DNA of 52,039 bases from an uncultured Candidatus Saccharibacteria bacterium (GTDB lineage: Bacteria > Patescibacteriota > Minisyncoccia > Minisyncoccales > GWA2-38-27). Position 1 is the stretch's first letter. Each line of letters starts with the position of its first letter. A model generated the notes under the pieces. The model did not search any database. It was not told where the DNA came from and saw only the letters and a list, made by a program, of their open reading frames with translations. A program made the position numbers and the translations under genes. Location: the NCBI GenBank assembly GCA_964509645.1, contig CAZDXV010000003.1, forward strand, positions 1 to 52,039, given 5' to 3'. Positions 7,475 through 16,594 of this stretch are shown one piece after another.

Positions 7475-9271
7475 ATGGGCATTGAAGATTCAATAAAAAA
7501 AGCTAGAGAAAGAGGCATTGAAGATAAAAAAATACTTGAGGAGATAATAAGCCAAAACCCCTCTAAAAAAGAAAACCTAGAAAAAGCATTGGAAAGAGGG
7601 GCTTCTGCTACTCAAGTTCTCGAAGAGATGATTACACAGAACGAAGAGAAAAGCTCAGCTGAAGAAAGAATCAGCAAAGCAAAGAAAAGATTGGCCTCTT
7701 TTAAAAATAAAGGTAAAAAAAAGATAAGAGGAACAGCTCCTATTCCTCTGGCAAAAGAAGAACTCTCTTTAGAGCCCTCTCTTTCTTTTAGAAGACCTTC
7801 TTCGCCCGCTCAAAAGCCCAAAAAGGAAGATGCTCAAGAAAAAACTCCTTCTTTTGTCGGGCCCCTACCTAAAAAACCTTCATTAAAAGAGAAACTATGG
7901 GTAAGAATAGTTGTTTTCTGCCTTATTCTTGTTGTTTTAGCAGGAGTAGCCAGTTTTTGGTACTGGTATTTTAAGGTAAGACCCGAACCCGTTGTAGGAT
8001 GCGAAACAAACGAAGACTGTCCTGTGGGCTTTATCTGCGGCCCTAATAAAATCTGTAAAGAAGCTCCCTCAACCCAAGAATGCTCCTCTGATTCAGACTG
8101 CCAAGAGGACTTTTACTGCCAGGCAGGAGTTTGTTTAAGGGAAAAAGAGGAAGCTGAAGCGCCAAGAGCTCTTTTCCCTGTTTCCGAAACAAGGACTCTT
8201 GAGATAAATAATTTAAACGAAGTAGAGGGACTTTTAAAGCAGACTCTTCAGGAGTTTGTAGAAATTGGCAGCTTTAAAAGAATAATATTTAAAAACACCT
8301 CAGAAGATAAATATCTAGGCATAAAGAACTTTTTTGACGCTCTTCAGATAAGAGCTCCCCGAAATATTTATGAAACAATAGGAGAGAACTTTAACCTCTT
8401 TATTTATTCTCAGCCCCAAGGAAACAGATTGGGATTTGTTACAGAAGTTAAAAACAGAGAAACTTTAGAAAATATTCTTCTGGCCGAAGAAGCCAAATTA
8501 AAAGAGGACTTTAAACCCTTCTTTACTCTCATAATAGAAGACAGGCCCCCCTTAGTCAGTTATTTCAGAAACGCTAACCAGCTTCCAGGATATGTAGGCC
8601 ACAACTTCAGATACCAAACATTGGCCACAAGCGACGTAGGCATATGTTATCTTGTTTCAAATAATTACTTTGTTCTGGCCAGTTCTTTTGCCAGCATGGA
8701 ACAGATTACGGAGAAACTGGGGATTCCCGGGCCCACCGTAGAAATAACTCAAGATCTTGAGCTTGGAGACAGGGGATATGAAGTAGAGGTTCTCCAGACC
8801 TGGCTGGCTCAAAACACTGCCACCTATCCACGAGGCCTTGTTACCGGATACTACGGCCCCTTAACTGTTCAAGCTATAACTAAGTTCCAGGAAAAATACG
8901 CTTCGGAAATTTTAGCCCCTCAAGGAAAAGTTAAAGGAACAGGAAAGGCGGGGTATTACACAAGGTTAAAGCTGAACGAGCTTTATGGTGAGTCGGGAGC
9001 CATTCCTCCAAGGCCTGAGATAACTATTGATTTAAGATATGGAGACCACGGAGACGAAGTAAGGCTTCTTCAAAAATGGCTGGCTCAAGATCCTAATATA
9101 TATCCCGAAGGGAAAATAAGCGGATGGTTCGGCCCTCTGACCCAAAAAGCTGTCATTAGCTTCCAAAACAAATACGGAGAAGAAATACTCGCTCCCCAGG
9201 GTATAAATACCGGCACAGGCGTTGTCGACGCTCTGACCCGCAAAAAACTAAATGAATTATACGGAAGATGA
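7475..9271 (+). CDS. Membrane-anchored protein with N-terminal cytoplasmic repeats, single TM, two Cys-rich modules and two C-terminal peptidoglycan-binding (PG_binding_1) domains
   Basis: TM LWVRIVVFCLILVVLAGVASFWYWYF. CxxxxDCPxGFICGPNKIC-like modules x2. Two copies of LGDRGYEVEVLQTWLAQ...GYYGPLTVQAITKFQ and YGDHGDEVRLLQKWLAQ...GWFGPLTQKAVISFQ (PF01471-like). Confidence 0.65.
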   Translation: MGIEDSIKKARERGIEDKKILEEIISQNPSKKENLEKALERGASATQVLEEMITQNEEKSSAEERISKAKKRLASFKNKGKKKIRGTAPIPLAKEELSLEPSLSFRRPSSPAQKPKKEDAQEKTPSFVGPLPKKPSLKEKLWVRIVVFCLILVVLAGVASFWYWYFKVRPEPVVGCETNEDCPVGFICGPNKICKEAPSTQECSSDSDCQEDFYCQAGVCLREKEEAEAPRALFPVSETRTLEINNLNEVEGLLKQTLQEFVEIGSFKRIIFKNTSEDKYLGIKNFFDALQIRAPRNIYETIGENFNLFIYSQPQGNRLGFVTEVKNRETLENILLAEEAKLKEDFKPFFTLIIEDRPPLVSYFRNANQLPGYVGHNFRYQTLATSDVGICYLVSNNYFVLASSFASMEQITEKLGIPGPTVEITQDLELGDRGYEVEVLQTWLAQNTATYPRGLVTGYYGPLTVQAITKFQEKYASEILAPQGKVKGTGKAGYYTRLKLNELYGESGAIPPRPEITIDLRYGDHGDEVRLLQKWLAQDPNIYPEGKISGWFGPLTQKAVISFQNKYGEEILAPQGINTGTGVVDALTRKKLNELYGR

Positions 9272-9636
9272 AAAAGAAGCTAGAAAAAGAATTAAAAGAA
9301 AAGCTAGAAAAAGAAAGGGAAGTTCTGGAATCAGACCTTGAAAGCTTTGCCTCAAAAGATAAAAACCTTGAAGGGGACTGGGACACAAAATTTCCTAAGG
9401 TAGCCAGCGGAGTAGGGGGCCAAGCCCTCGAGGACGCGGCAGACCAAGTTGAAGAATATGCCACTCTTCTCCCAATAGAACACAGTTTAGAATCCCGCCT
9501 TTTGAAAATAAACAAAGCCTTAGAGAAAATAAAGAAAGGAGAATACGGAAGGTGCCAAAGTTGCGGGAAAAAGATAGAAGAAAAGAGGCTTAAAGCCTAC
9601 CCCGAAGCCGAACTGTGCGATAAATGCGTGAAATAA
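9268..9636 (+). CDS. DksA/TraR-family C4 zinc-finger protein
   Basis: C-terminal CQSCGKKIEEKRLKAYPEAELCDKCV (CxxC-N17-CxxC) preceded by a coiled coil. ATGA overlap with the upstream gene. Confidence 0.65.
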   Translation: MKKKLEKELKEKLEKEREVLESDLESFASKDKNLEGDWDTKFPKVASGVGGQALEDAADQVEEYATLLPIEHSLESRLLKINKALEKIKKGEYGRCQSCGKKIEEKRLKAYPEAELCDKCVK

Positions 9637-9645
9637 GACCAATTA

Positions 9646-9677
9646 AAAAAGCGCTTCCTTAAAGAGAAGCGCTTTTA
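9646..9677. terminator. Bidirectional hairpin terminator between convergent genes (AAAAAGCGCTTC-loop-GAAGCGCTTTT)
   Basis: 9-bp perfect inverted repeat flanked by A-tract and T-tract. Confidence 0.55.
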
Positions 9678-9685
9678 AGATACTT

Positions 9686-10639
9686 TTATTTAAAAGGGTT
9701 AATTCCTCCTCTGACATCAAAATGGACATGACATCCCGTTGAAATACCCGCTCCCGGCATTCCAGGAGATCCTCCCATTAGAGCTATTCTTTCCCCTTGA
9801 GAGACCTGCTGTCCCGGAACCACTAAAGCTTTCTGAATGTGTCCGTACATGGTAACTACTCCGTTAGGATGAATAATTGTAACATAGTTTCCAGCTCCTC
9901 CGTTCCATCCATATCTTACTCTTTGAACCGTACCGGCAGCCGCAGCTCTGATAGAATCTCCGCAGTTCCCGGCAAAGTCTATGGCATTGTACCAGTGGAG
10001 GCCCTGGCTGATATAGCAGGCGGAATGAGGACAAATAAAATAACTGGAAGCGATGGGCGTAGTTTCAGGCTTTCTGGCATATTGAGTAGTAGTCTTAGAC
10101 ACTTCTCCTCCGGGAACAATAATAATATCTCCTATAAATATATCGTTTTCGTTATTTAACTCATTGAAGACCACTATTTCGTCCGTATTTCCTTTATAGG
10201 TTTCTGCTATCTGGCCTATAGTATCTCCTTTTTTAACATGATATATAATACCCGTAACAGGAGGAATTACAAGCTCGTCTCCCGGCTGTATTACAGAAGA
10301 GCTGTTCATATCATTAGCCCAAAGAATAGTTTTTAAGGAAATATCAAATTTTTCAGCTAAAGAAGAAAGGGTGTCCCCTTCTTCTACAATATACTCTCTT
10401 ATCTCTTTGTTTCTAGAAGAACTGTTAAGAGTACCTAGGACCTGAGGTTTAACTACAGAATGAGGAGCGTATCCTAAAACGCTGTTTTCTTCAGAGAAAA
10501 CAACATCGGGAGAGTCCTTGAGAAAGTTTTTGGCGGGCTCTGCAAAAATATCGCCAGAAGAAATACTCTTTGAAGAGTTGGCTGTTAAAAAAGAAAATTC
10601 CTTAAGAGGAAGGAATTTTAAAGTCGCGGTAGATCCCAA
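9686..10639 (-). CDS. LysM-domain M23 family metallo-endopeptidase (two LysM + C-terminal M23)
   Basis: Two LysM motifs (YIVEEGDTLSSLAEKF...; YHVKKGDTIGQIAETY...). M23 motifs HWYNAIDF (HxxxD) and GCHVHFDV (HxH). The annotated start is a TTG. A hydrophobic in-frame extension upstream (KVFLTITLFAGLVLG) lacks any ATG, so the start is uncertain. Confidence 0.75.
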   Translation of the reverse strand: MGSTATLKFLPLKEFSFLTANSSKSISSGDIFAEPAKNFLKDSPDVVFSEENSVLGYAPHSVVKPQVLGTLNSSSRNKEIREYIVEEGDTLSSLAEKFDISLKTILWANDMNSSSVIQPGDELVIPPVTGIIYHVKKGDTIGQIAETYKGNTDEIVVFNELNNENDIFIGDIIIVPGGEVSKTTTQYARKPETTPIASSYFICPHSACYISQGLHWYNAIDFAGNCGDSIRAAAAGTVQRVRYGWNGGAGNYVTIIHPNGVVTMYGHIQKALVVPGQQVSQGERIALMGGSPGMPGAGISTGCHVHFDVRGGINPFK

Positions 10640-10900
10640 GACAAGACCTGCAAAGAGGGTAATAGTTAAAAAAACTTTTATACAAAAAGAAGAATCTTTT
10701 AATAATTCTTTCTTGGAATAAATGCTCTTAAAGCACTCTCTGGCTTTCCTTATTATTGCTGGTAAAAGTCTAGAAATAATAAATGGTTTAATTTTATTAC
10801 TATTCTACTATGATATACTACTGGCACCGCAGGTCAAGGGTATTTTCCACATGTTTTCCCTGCTCCTTGTTTAACTGAAAAAAAAAGATAAAATAGGGAA

Positions 10901-11701
10901 ATGGACTTAACATCTCCCAAAACAATAAAAGAGCTTCTAAAAGGGAGGCGACCCTCTAAAAGATTAGGCCAAAATTTTTTAATAGATAAAAATATTCTTT
11001 GGAAGATAGTAGAGTCTTCCGATGTTTCAAATGAAAAGGTTTTAGAAATAGGGCCGGGCTTGGGAGCTTTAACTTCAGAGCTTTCCAAAAAAGCTAAAGG
11101 GGTTGTCGCCGTAGAAAAAGATCCTTTAATGTGCAAGATTTTGAGAGAGAGCCTCTCCAAAAAGAATGTTAAGATAATAAAAGGGGATATTTTAAAAAAA
11201 GACCTTTGGCAGTTTACGGGCTTTAAGGTTGTAGCAAACCTGCCCTACTATATTGTTTCTCCTACAATAAGGAAGCTTCTGGAAGAGTCTTCTATCAAGA
11301 AAATGTATTTAATGGTTCAAAAAGAGGTAGCTGAAAGAATAACAGCCAATCCTCCCAAGATGAATCTTCTGGCTATTTCTGTCCAGTTTTACGGAAGCCC
11401 TGAAATACTGTTTAAGGTTTCCAAGAATTCTTTTTGGCCTAAACCTAAGGTAGACAGCAGTTTTTTAAAGATCAGGCCTCATTCAAAACATAAAACAAAC
11501 AAAGACCTTTTTTTTAAAGTCGTAAAGCTTGGATTTTCTCATCCTAGAAAACAACTGTTAAACAACCTTTCAAAAGAAGTTGATAAGAATAAGATTAAAG
11601 AAATTCTTTTAAAAGAAGGGCTTAACCCTAAAGCTAGAGCTGAGACATTAAATGTTGAGGACTGGGTAAAACTAGCTAAATCACTTGCTACTTTCTTTTA
11701 A
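10901..11701 (+). CDS. rsmA: 16S rRNA (adenine1518/1519-N6)-dimethyltransferase
   Basis: LGQNFLIDKNIL...VLEIGPGLGALT SAM-binding motif and NLPYYI motif. 266 aa. Confidence 0.85.
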   Translation: MDLTSPKTIKELLKGRRPSKRLGQNFLIDKNILWKIVESSDVSNEKVLEIGPGLGALTSELSKKAKGVVAVEKDPLMCKILRESLSKKNVKIIKGDILKKDLWQFTGFKVVANLPYYIVSPTIRKLLEESSIKKMYLMVQKEVAERITANPPKMNLLAISVQFYGSPEILFKVSKNSFWPKPKVDSSFLKIRPHSKHKTNKDLFFKVVKLGFSHPRKQLLNNLSKEVDKNKIKEILLKEGLNPKARAETLNVEDWVKLAKSLATFF

Positions 11702-11705
11702 CTTT

Positions 11706-11714
11706 TGGTATAAT
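11706..11714 (+). promoter_or_regulatory. Extended -10 element (TGGTATAAT) positioned 6-7 nt upstream of the ATG at 11721 (possible leaderless start)
   Basis: TG-n-TATAAT read directly. No room for a Shine-Dalgarno between it and the ATG. Confidence 0.35.
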
Positions 11715-11720
11715 ACTGTA

Positions 11721-13970
11721 ATGGGAGATAAACTGAATAAACTAATCGGGTTTTTGAAGAAAAAAGGATTTCTTTTGTTTTTGGTTTTAATAATTTTTCT
11801 TTTCTTTGGCTGTCGAATAACCGCTGCCTCTGTCCCTATAGCAAACCCCAGTGTTTTTACCGCTGTATGGTCAATTTTTACAGGAAACTCTTCTACAGTA
11901 AAGTCTCTTGTTAATATTACAGCAGGAACCTTTCTAATGACTATTAACTTTGTTATTATTTCTTTTGTCCTTACTCTAGCAAATCTTTGGCTCGGCACAT
12001 CAGTATTTGTTCTAGAGTGGGTCATGAGCCCTGATTTTATATCTCTTTCTTATACAAGGTTGGATAACCCTATAATAAAATACGGATGGGACATGACAAG
12101 CGGCCTAGCTAATATGGGCATTGTTTTGGCTTTAATAGTTATAGGGTTGGCCACTATATTAAGAAAAGAAAATTACCAGGCACAAAAAACTCTTCCCGTC
12201 TTAATAATTGTAGCCCTTCTGGTAAATTTCGCTCCCGTATTTTTAGGCGTCATAGTCGATGCCTCCAATATTTTAATGAACTTATTTTTATCGACGGAGG
12301 AGGGAGGAACCCTTGATTTTGCCAAGATTAGCAATTCTTTTAGCGAAGAGATCAAAATGATAGGGACAGACCTAGGAGAGGCTGCTAGTCTACAAGCGCA
12401 AACTGCTCTTCTAGGAAAAATTTTAGTTTCAGTTAGTTTTTCTTTGATAGCCGGTTTTATTTTCTTCTTGTTTGCCGCCCTGTTTGTTTTTCGCTATATC
12501 GCTATCTGGATAGCTGTAATAATGTCTCCTTTAGCTTTTGTAGCTTATATTCTTCCCAAAACAAGAGTTTTTTTTGATATGTGGTGGAAGCAGTTTCTTT
12601 CCTGGTGTTTTATAGGGGTAATAGCTGCTTTTTTCATTTATTTAGGGGCTCACATGATAGCTTCTATAAATATTGAGGACTATGTGCAAAAAACAACCGA
12701 TGCGCGCATTGACTCTAAAATAGGAACAGGAAATGATGACTGGGGCCTTTTAAATGAACTCCTTCCTTATGGAGTAGTTTCTGGTTTTCTAGTAATAGGC
12801 TTTTTCTTATCCGTCTCTGTAAGCGCTATGGGAGCCAGTACTATTGTTAATTTAACTAAAAAAGGAGGAAAGGGAGCAATGTGGGGAGGAAAGGGATTGG
12901 CAAGACAAAGCGTCGGTCGAGCTCTTAATAGTAGCTGGGGCAAAAAAGCTTCAAGGTGGATGGCTAGAAGACAGATTGGCCGCGTTCGAGACGCAAAAAC
13001 CACCTTGGGAAAGGTTGGCATGGCGGCGGGAAAATTACTTACGCCCCTCGGCTATGCTAAGAGAAAAGCAGGAGCGGCTGCTATTAATTATGCAGCGGGA
13101 ATAGGAGATAATATTAATGAGGACAAAGAGAAAATAAAGAAAAGATTTGGCAGCGACCACGAAGCCATGGCAGCTTATGTCTCCTCTCTTTCTGCCACAA
13201 ACTACACAGGGAAAATGGCTGGCGCTCAGGCCTTAGCGGAAATTAAAGGAGGAAAGGGTCTTGATGCCCTCCCTGAAACCGATTTACGCAGCATTATCAG
13301 GCAGACCGACAGATACGATCCTAAAAAGTTAAAGAACCTTATAAAGCACAAACCAGAACTTATAAAAGATGTCCAACTTGGAGAATTAATTCAAAACAAT
13401 CTTGTAAATGAAAAAGATATTATCGAGCAAATGAAGGGAGGCATGGATATGGCGACAGCTAAAGTAAAGGCTACCTATAAAGAAGCAGCTAAAGCCCTTA
13501 AAAGTACTGATATTGAAAATCTTGGAGATAAAACTCTTAACGACAAAGATATCCAAGAGGCTCTCGGTAAATATGCTTCTAATTCTATCCTTAAAGAAAT
13601 AGGAGAAACAAAAGGAGGAAACCACCTTGCTAATATCCAGAAAGCCATTCAAGACAGAGTAGGAATAGAGGAAGCGGCAAGAACTAATCCTTCTTTCTTG
13701 AGGATGGCCTATACCCCCGGAGGCCAGGCATATCTTAATGAGTGGAAAACACCCGGAGGCAAAATAATAAAAACAAAAGAAGAGATGGATGAGTTTATTA
13801 GAAAATCTTCGTTATCTCAAGAAGAAGAAACTAAAAGAGAGACAAACGCTATAAAAAAATATCAAGAAACCTTAAAAAAGGGAGGGGCTCCTCGAGGCAG
13901 GAGGGCGCCAGGATCCTCTCAGGGCAGAAAATCCAATAATGACAATACTCCCCGGGGAAGAAGATCATAA
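11721..13970 (+). CDS. VirB6/TrbL-like polytopic membrane protein with long hydrophilic K/G/A-rich C-terminal tail
   Basis: At least 6 predicted TM helices in the first ~400 aa, then a ~360-aa charged tail, an architecture typical of VirB6/TrbL-family channel proteins. An alternative upstream start at 11685 overlaps rsmA. Confidence 0.45.
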   Translation: MGDKLNKLIGFLKKKGFLLFLVLIIFLFFGCRITAASVPIANPSVFTAVWSIFTGNSSTVKSLVNITAGTFLMTINFVIISFVLTLANLWLGTSVFVLEWVMSPDFISLSYTRLDNPIIKYGWDMTSGLANMGIVLALIVIGLATILRKENYQAQKTLPVLIIVALLVNFAPVFLGVIVDASNILMNLFLSTEEGGTLDFAKISNSFSEEIKMIGTDLGEAASLQAQTALLGKILVSVSFSLIAGFIFFLFAALFVFRYIAIWIAVIMSPLAFVAYILPKTRVFFDMWWKQFLSWCFIGVIAAFFIYLGAHMIASINIEDYVQKTTDARIDSKIGTGNDDWGLLNELLPYGVVSGFLVIGFFLSVSVSAMGASTIVNLTKKGGKGAMWGGKGLARQSVGRALNSSWGKKASRWMARRQIGRVRDAKTTLGKVGMAAGKLLTPLGYAKRKAGAAAINYAAGIGDNINEDKEKIKKRFGSDHEAMAAYVSSLSATNYTGKMAGAQALAEIKGGKGLDALPETDLRSIIRQTDRYDPKKLKNLIKHKPELIKDVQLGELIQNNLVNEKDIIEQMKGGMDMATAKVKATYKEAAKALKSTDIENLGDKTLNDKDIQEALGKYASNSILKEIGETKGGNHLANIQKAIQDRVGIEEAARTNPSFLRMAYTPGGQAYLNEWKTPGGKIIKTKEEMDEFIRKSSLSQEEETKRETNAIKKYQETLKKGGAPRGRRAPGSSQGRKSNNDNTPRGRRS

Positions 13971-13985
13971 AAAATTATAAAAAAT

Positions 13986-14020
13986 AAGGAGGCCTTGTTA
14001 GTAAGACCTCCTTTGTTTTT
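13986..14020. terminator. Hairpin (AAGGAGG..CCTCCTT) + TTTGTTTTT between convergent genes
   Basis: Inverted repeat and T-tract directly downstream of the 11721-13970 gene. Overlaps the stop of the minus-strand gene. Confidence 0.45.
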
Positions 14021-15107
14021 AGGAGTCGTGGGACTCCCCTTGTTCCCCTTGGAAGAGCTTCATAATCTGGGGGGGGAGGGGAAGGAGATATGTCCCCCCA
14101 GACTTTTCCATTGACTCGGCAATCCTTATCATCTTTCCGATTTCGCCTTGTTCCGCTATTGCACCGTAAACGGTTTCAATCCGTGCCGCCTCTCTGCTAG
14201 CGAGATATTCCTGAAGTGAAGCGTTTCGAAGTTCCTCTCCTGGATCAATCTCGCGAACTTCCGTAGCGTTAACCTTAACGCCGTAATCTTCCTCGAAGGT
14301 GCGGAGGATTCCGGCTTCCTCCAGATCTCGATATATTTCATCTGCGAGATCTTTCCCTTCTGTCTTAGTTGCTGAGTCTTTTCTTTTCGGTTCAATCCAT
14401 TCAGAGTAAGGCTTTTCCGTAATTCTGTTTCGGACGGCGGGAGCAATCCGTCCTTGGACAGCCTCCAACCAATTCTGAATCCGGAAAAGGGCCTTATACG
14501 GATTAACTACCCTAATCGATAGAATTAACTTTACGTCAAGGGGAAGCAAGTCTTTGTCTTCCGCCTTTAAAACTTCTGCGTAATAAACGTCCTCTTTGAG
14601 AAGGATGTAATCTAAGGTTTCCTTCTCATGTTTTCGAGGACTCCCTCCGGGATCTATACCCGTCCAGGTAAAATCATAAAGGTAAATATCTTCTATGGGC
14701 CAGAACCCATAGAACTTTAAGCCCCCAAAAAAACTATTAAACCAGCCTTTTTGCGGAGCGTCTCCTTCTACAATATCACCCACGTCTCGTATTTGGCCCA
14801 ATCCTCCTTCAAGATCTTTCCTAATGCTAAATCCTTTCCACTGAATAAGGATTCTCTGGAAGGCGTCCCCCTTAACCACAACCTTTGCCCTGCCCTCAGG
14901 CACAAAGGTAAAAAAAAGATTATTGGGGGCCCACCAAAAGAAAACCATCAAAAACAACAACAAAGCAGCGAGAAGCACTCCAAGAATCAATCCTCCCAAC
15001 AAAAGATTAGGACTGATCAGGAGAAAAACAAGAACAGGAAGAGTCAGAGCCGAAAAAAAGAGACACACTGATAATATCAAAATCCAAAATCTGTTCGCGT
15101 TTTTCAT
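14019..15107 (-). CDS. SPFH/band-7 (stomatin/prohibitin-like) membrane protein; GC-rich, compositionally atypical gene
   Basis: Probable start at the internal MKNANRFWILILSV, with AAGGAG 8 nt upstream. N-terminal TM followed by a band-7-like core (LDVKLILSIRVVNPYKALFRIQNWLEAVQGRIAPAVRNRI resembles the VDAVVYYRV.DP.KAV..V.NY..A...LAQTTLR signature). GC content is visibly higher than in the flanks. Confidence 0.6.
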   Translation of the reverse strand: MKNANRFWILILSVCLFFSALTLPVLVFLLISPNLLLGGLILGVLLAALLLFLMVFFWWAPNNLFFTFVPEGRAKVVVKGDAFQRILIQWKGFSIRKDLEGGLGQIRDVGDIVEGDAPQKGWFNSFFGGLKFYGFWPIEDIYLYDFTWTGIDPGGSPRKHEKETLDYILLKEDVYYAEVLKAEDKDLLPLDVKLILSIRVVNPYKALFRIQNWLEAVQGRIAPAVRNRITEKPYSEWIEPKRKDSATKTEGKDLADEIYRDLEEAGILRTFEEDYGVKVNATEVREIDPGEELRNASLQEYLASREAARIETVYGAIAEQGEIGKMIRIAESMEKSGGTYLLPLPPQIMKLFQGEQGESHDS

Positions 15108-15200
15108 TTTCTTTTCTCCTTTTTTTAATGTGCTGTCTAGCCTGAGAAACCATTTCTCAAGTATTCTTATTATATCATTTAAATTGATTGGTGTCAACAA

Positions 15201-15231
15201 AAAGAGAGCGGTATAGAGCCGCTCTCTTTTT
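15201..15231. terminator. Perfect 11-bp stem hairpin (AAAGAGAGCGG-TATAGAG-CCGCTCTCTTT) with flanking T/A tracts, downstream of dnaN
   Basis: Read directly. Can act bidirectionally. Confidence 0.6.
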
Positions 15232-15248
15232 AAGAAAATTGTTCTTTC

Positions 15249-16376
15249 CTAGTTTGATTTTATAGGCATTACCACATAAACATATCCCTCCTCTCCTACA
15301 GGCTTTAATACGCCAGGTCCTGCATCTTTATTCAGCTCAAAGGAAACCTCTGAACTTTTAATGCTCATTAAGCCATCCATTAAATATCTGTGATTAAAAG
15401 AAACTTCGCAGGCCTTCCCTTTTATTTTAGCTGGGACAGCTGAATTAAATTCACCTATTTCTGTGTTTTGGCTAGAAAGTTCTATTTCTTTCTTTTTAGG
15501 ATCTGCTTTTATTTTAACCTCGTTTACTTTCCCGCTAAAAAGACTGGCGCTTTTTATTTGATTTAGTATTTTCTCTTTTTCCATAATAATCTGAGTATCG
15601 TTTTTAGAGGGTATTATTTCCTGGTAATTAGGATACTCTCCTTCAATCAACCTGGAAACTAATTGTATTTTAGGGTGGGAGGCCTCCTCCATTGGAAGCT
15701 CAAACATTATCTGGTTGGGGGAAAAATATATTTTTATCTCTTGATTTAATTCTCCAAAAATATTTGTTATTTCCTTGGCTGCTTTCTGGGGAATAATCAA
15801 AGAAAGGTTTTTAAGAGAAGGTTTTTTCTTTAAAAATATCTTCTTTTCTCCTAGTCTAAAGCTGTCTGTAGCAGCTAAAGTAATTTGTTTTCCCTCTAAA
15901 GATATAAATATTCCAGATATTTCGGGTTTAGTAGTAGAAGGAACCGCTATATCTGCTATCTGGTTTATCCCTTTACATAGATTTTGGCTGTTTATAATAA
16001 TGCTTTCTCCTTCTTCTATCTTAGGAATAATAGGGAATTCCTCTGCCGAAACCCCTTTAACTTGCGTTTTATATTTTTCACACTCCAAAGAAAGATTATT
16101 ATTTTTAACCTCTAAGTTTATTTTCTTGTTGGGCAATAAACCGACAAAGCTGGATAATAATTTAGCGGGTACTGTTATTTTTCCTTGTTTTTCTATTTTA
16201 GCCAGTCCCCACCAATTAATCCCGACCTCTAAATCAGTAGCAGCTAAATTTAAAAAATTCTTTTCTGAAGAAATTAAAATATTATTTAAAACAGGAAGAG
16301 TAAGAGACTTTGAAGAAATTCTTTCAACTGCATTAATTCCTTCTTTTAATTTTTCTTGGAGGATAGTAAATTTCAT
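15249..16376 (-). CDS. dnaN: DNA polymerase III beta sliding clamp
   Basis: 375 aa with typical N-terminus MKFTILQEKLKEGINAVERISSKSLTLPVLNNILI and three-domain length. Immediately downstream of dnaA. Confidence 0.85.
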   Translation of the reverse strand: MKFTILQEKLKEGINAVERISSKSLTLPVLNNILISSEKNFLNLAATDLEVGINWWGLAKIEKQGKITVPAKLLSSFVGLLPNKKINLEVKNNNLSLECEKYKTQVKGVSAEEFPIIPKIEEGESIIINSQNLCKGINQIADIAVPSTTKPEISGIFISLEGKQITLAATDSFRLGEKKIFLKKKPSLKNLSLIIPQKAAKEITNIFGELNQEIKIYFSPNQIMFELPMEEASHPKIQLVSRLIEGEYPNYQEIIPSKNDTQIIMEKEKILNQIKSASLFSGKVNEVKIKADPKKKEIELSSQNTEIGEFNSAVPAKIKGKACEVSFNHRYLMDGLMSIKSSEVSFELNKDAGPGVLKPVGEEGYVYVVMPIKSN

Positions 16377-16594
16377 AATCTTTTTAATATTTTAAAATTA
16401 TTATTACTATTATTACTGGTGTTAAAAACTTTTAGTTTATTCTTATTTGAACTGGGTAAAAGATAAGGGAAAAAGAGAAAAAGAAATTGTTATAACTTGT
16501 TAACTTTTATAACTTCTCTTTTATTATACTTTTTTACCTTTTCTATTAACAGAAGATTCAACACCTTTTAAACATCTTAAAAACCTGGGGAAAA

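Noticed and set aside
6016-7493. Five antisense ORFs (6016-6411, 6171-6467, 6628-6819, 6816-7085, 7197-7493) with Ser/Phe/Leu-rich products
   Set aside because: They are mirror artefacts of the purine-rich GAA/AAG-repeat coding strand of the K/E-rich gene: the antisense is pyrimidine-only and naturally stop-free. They have no start context and their products are low-complexity.
12173-13652. Minus-strand ORFs (12173-12355, 12767-13021, 13386-13652) inside the VirB6-like gene
   Set aside because: They are internal antisense frames with no independent support.
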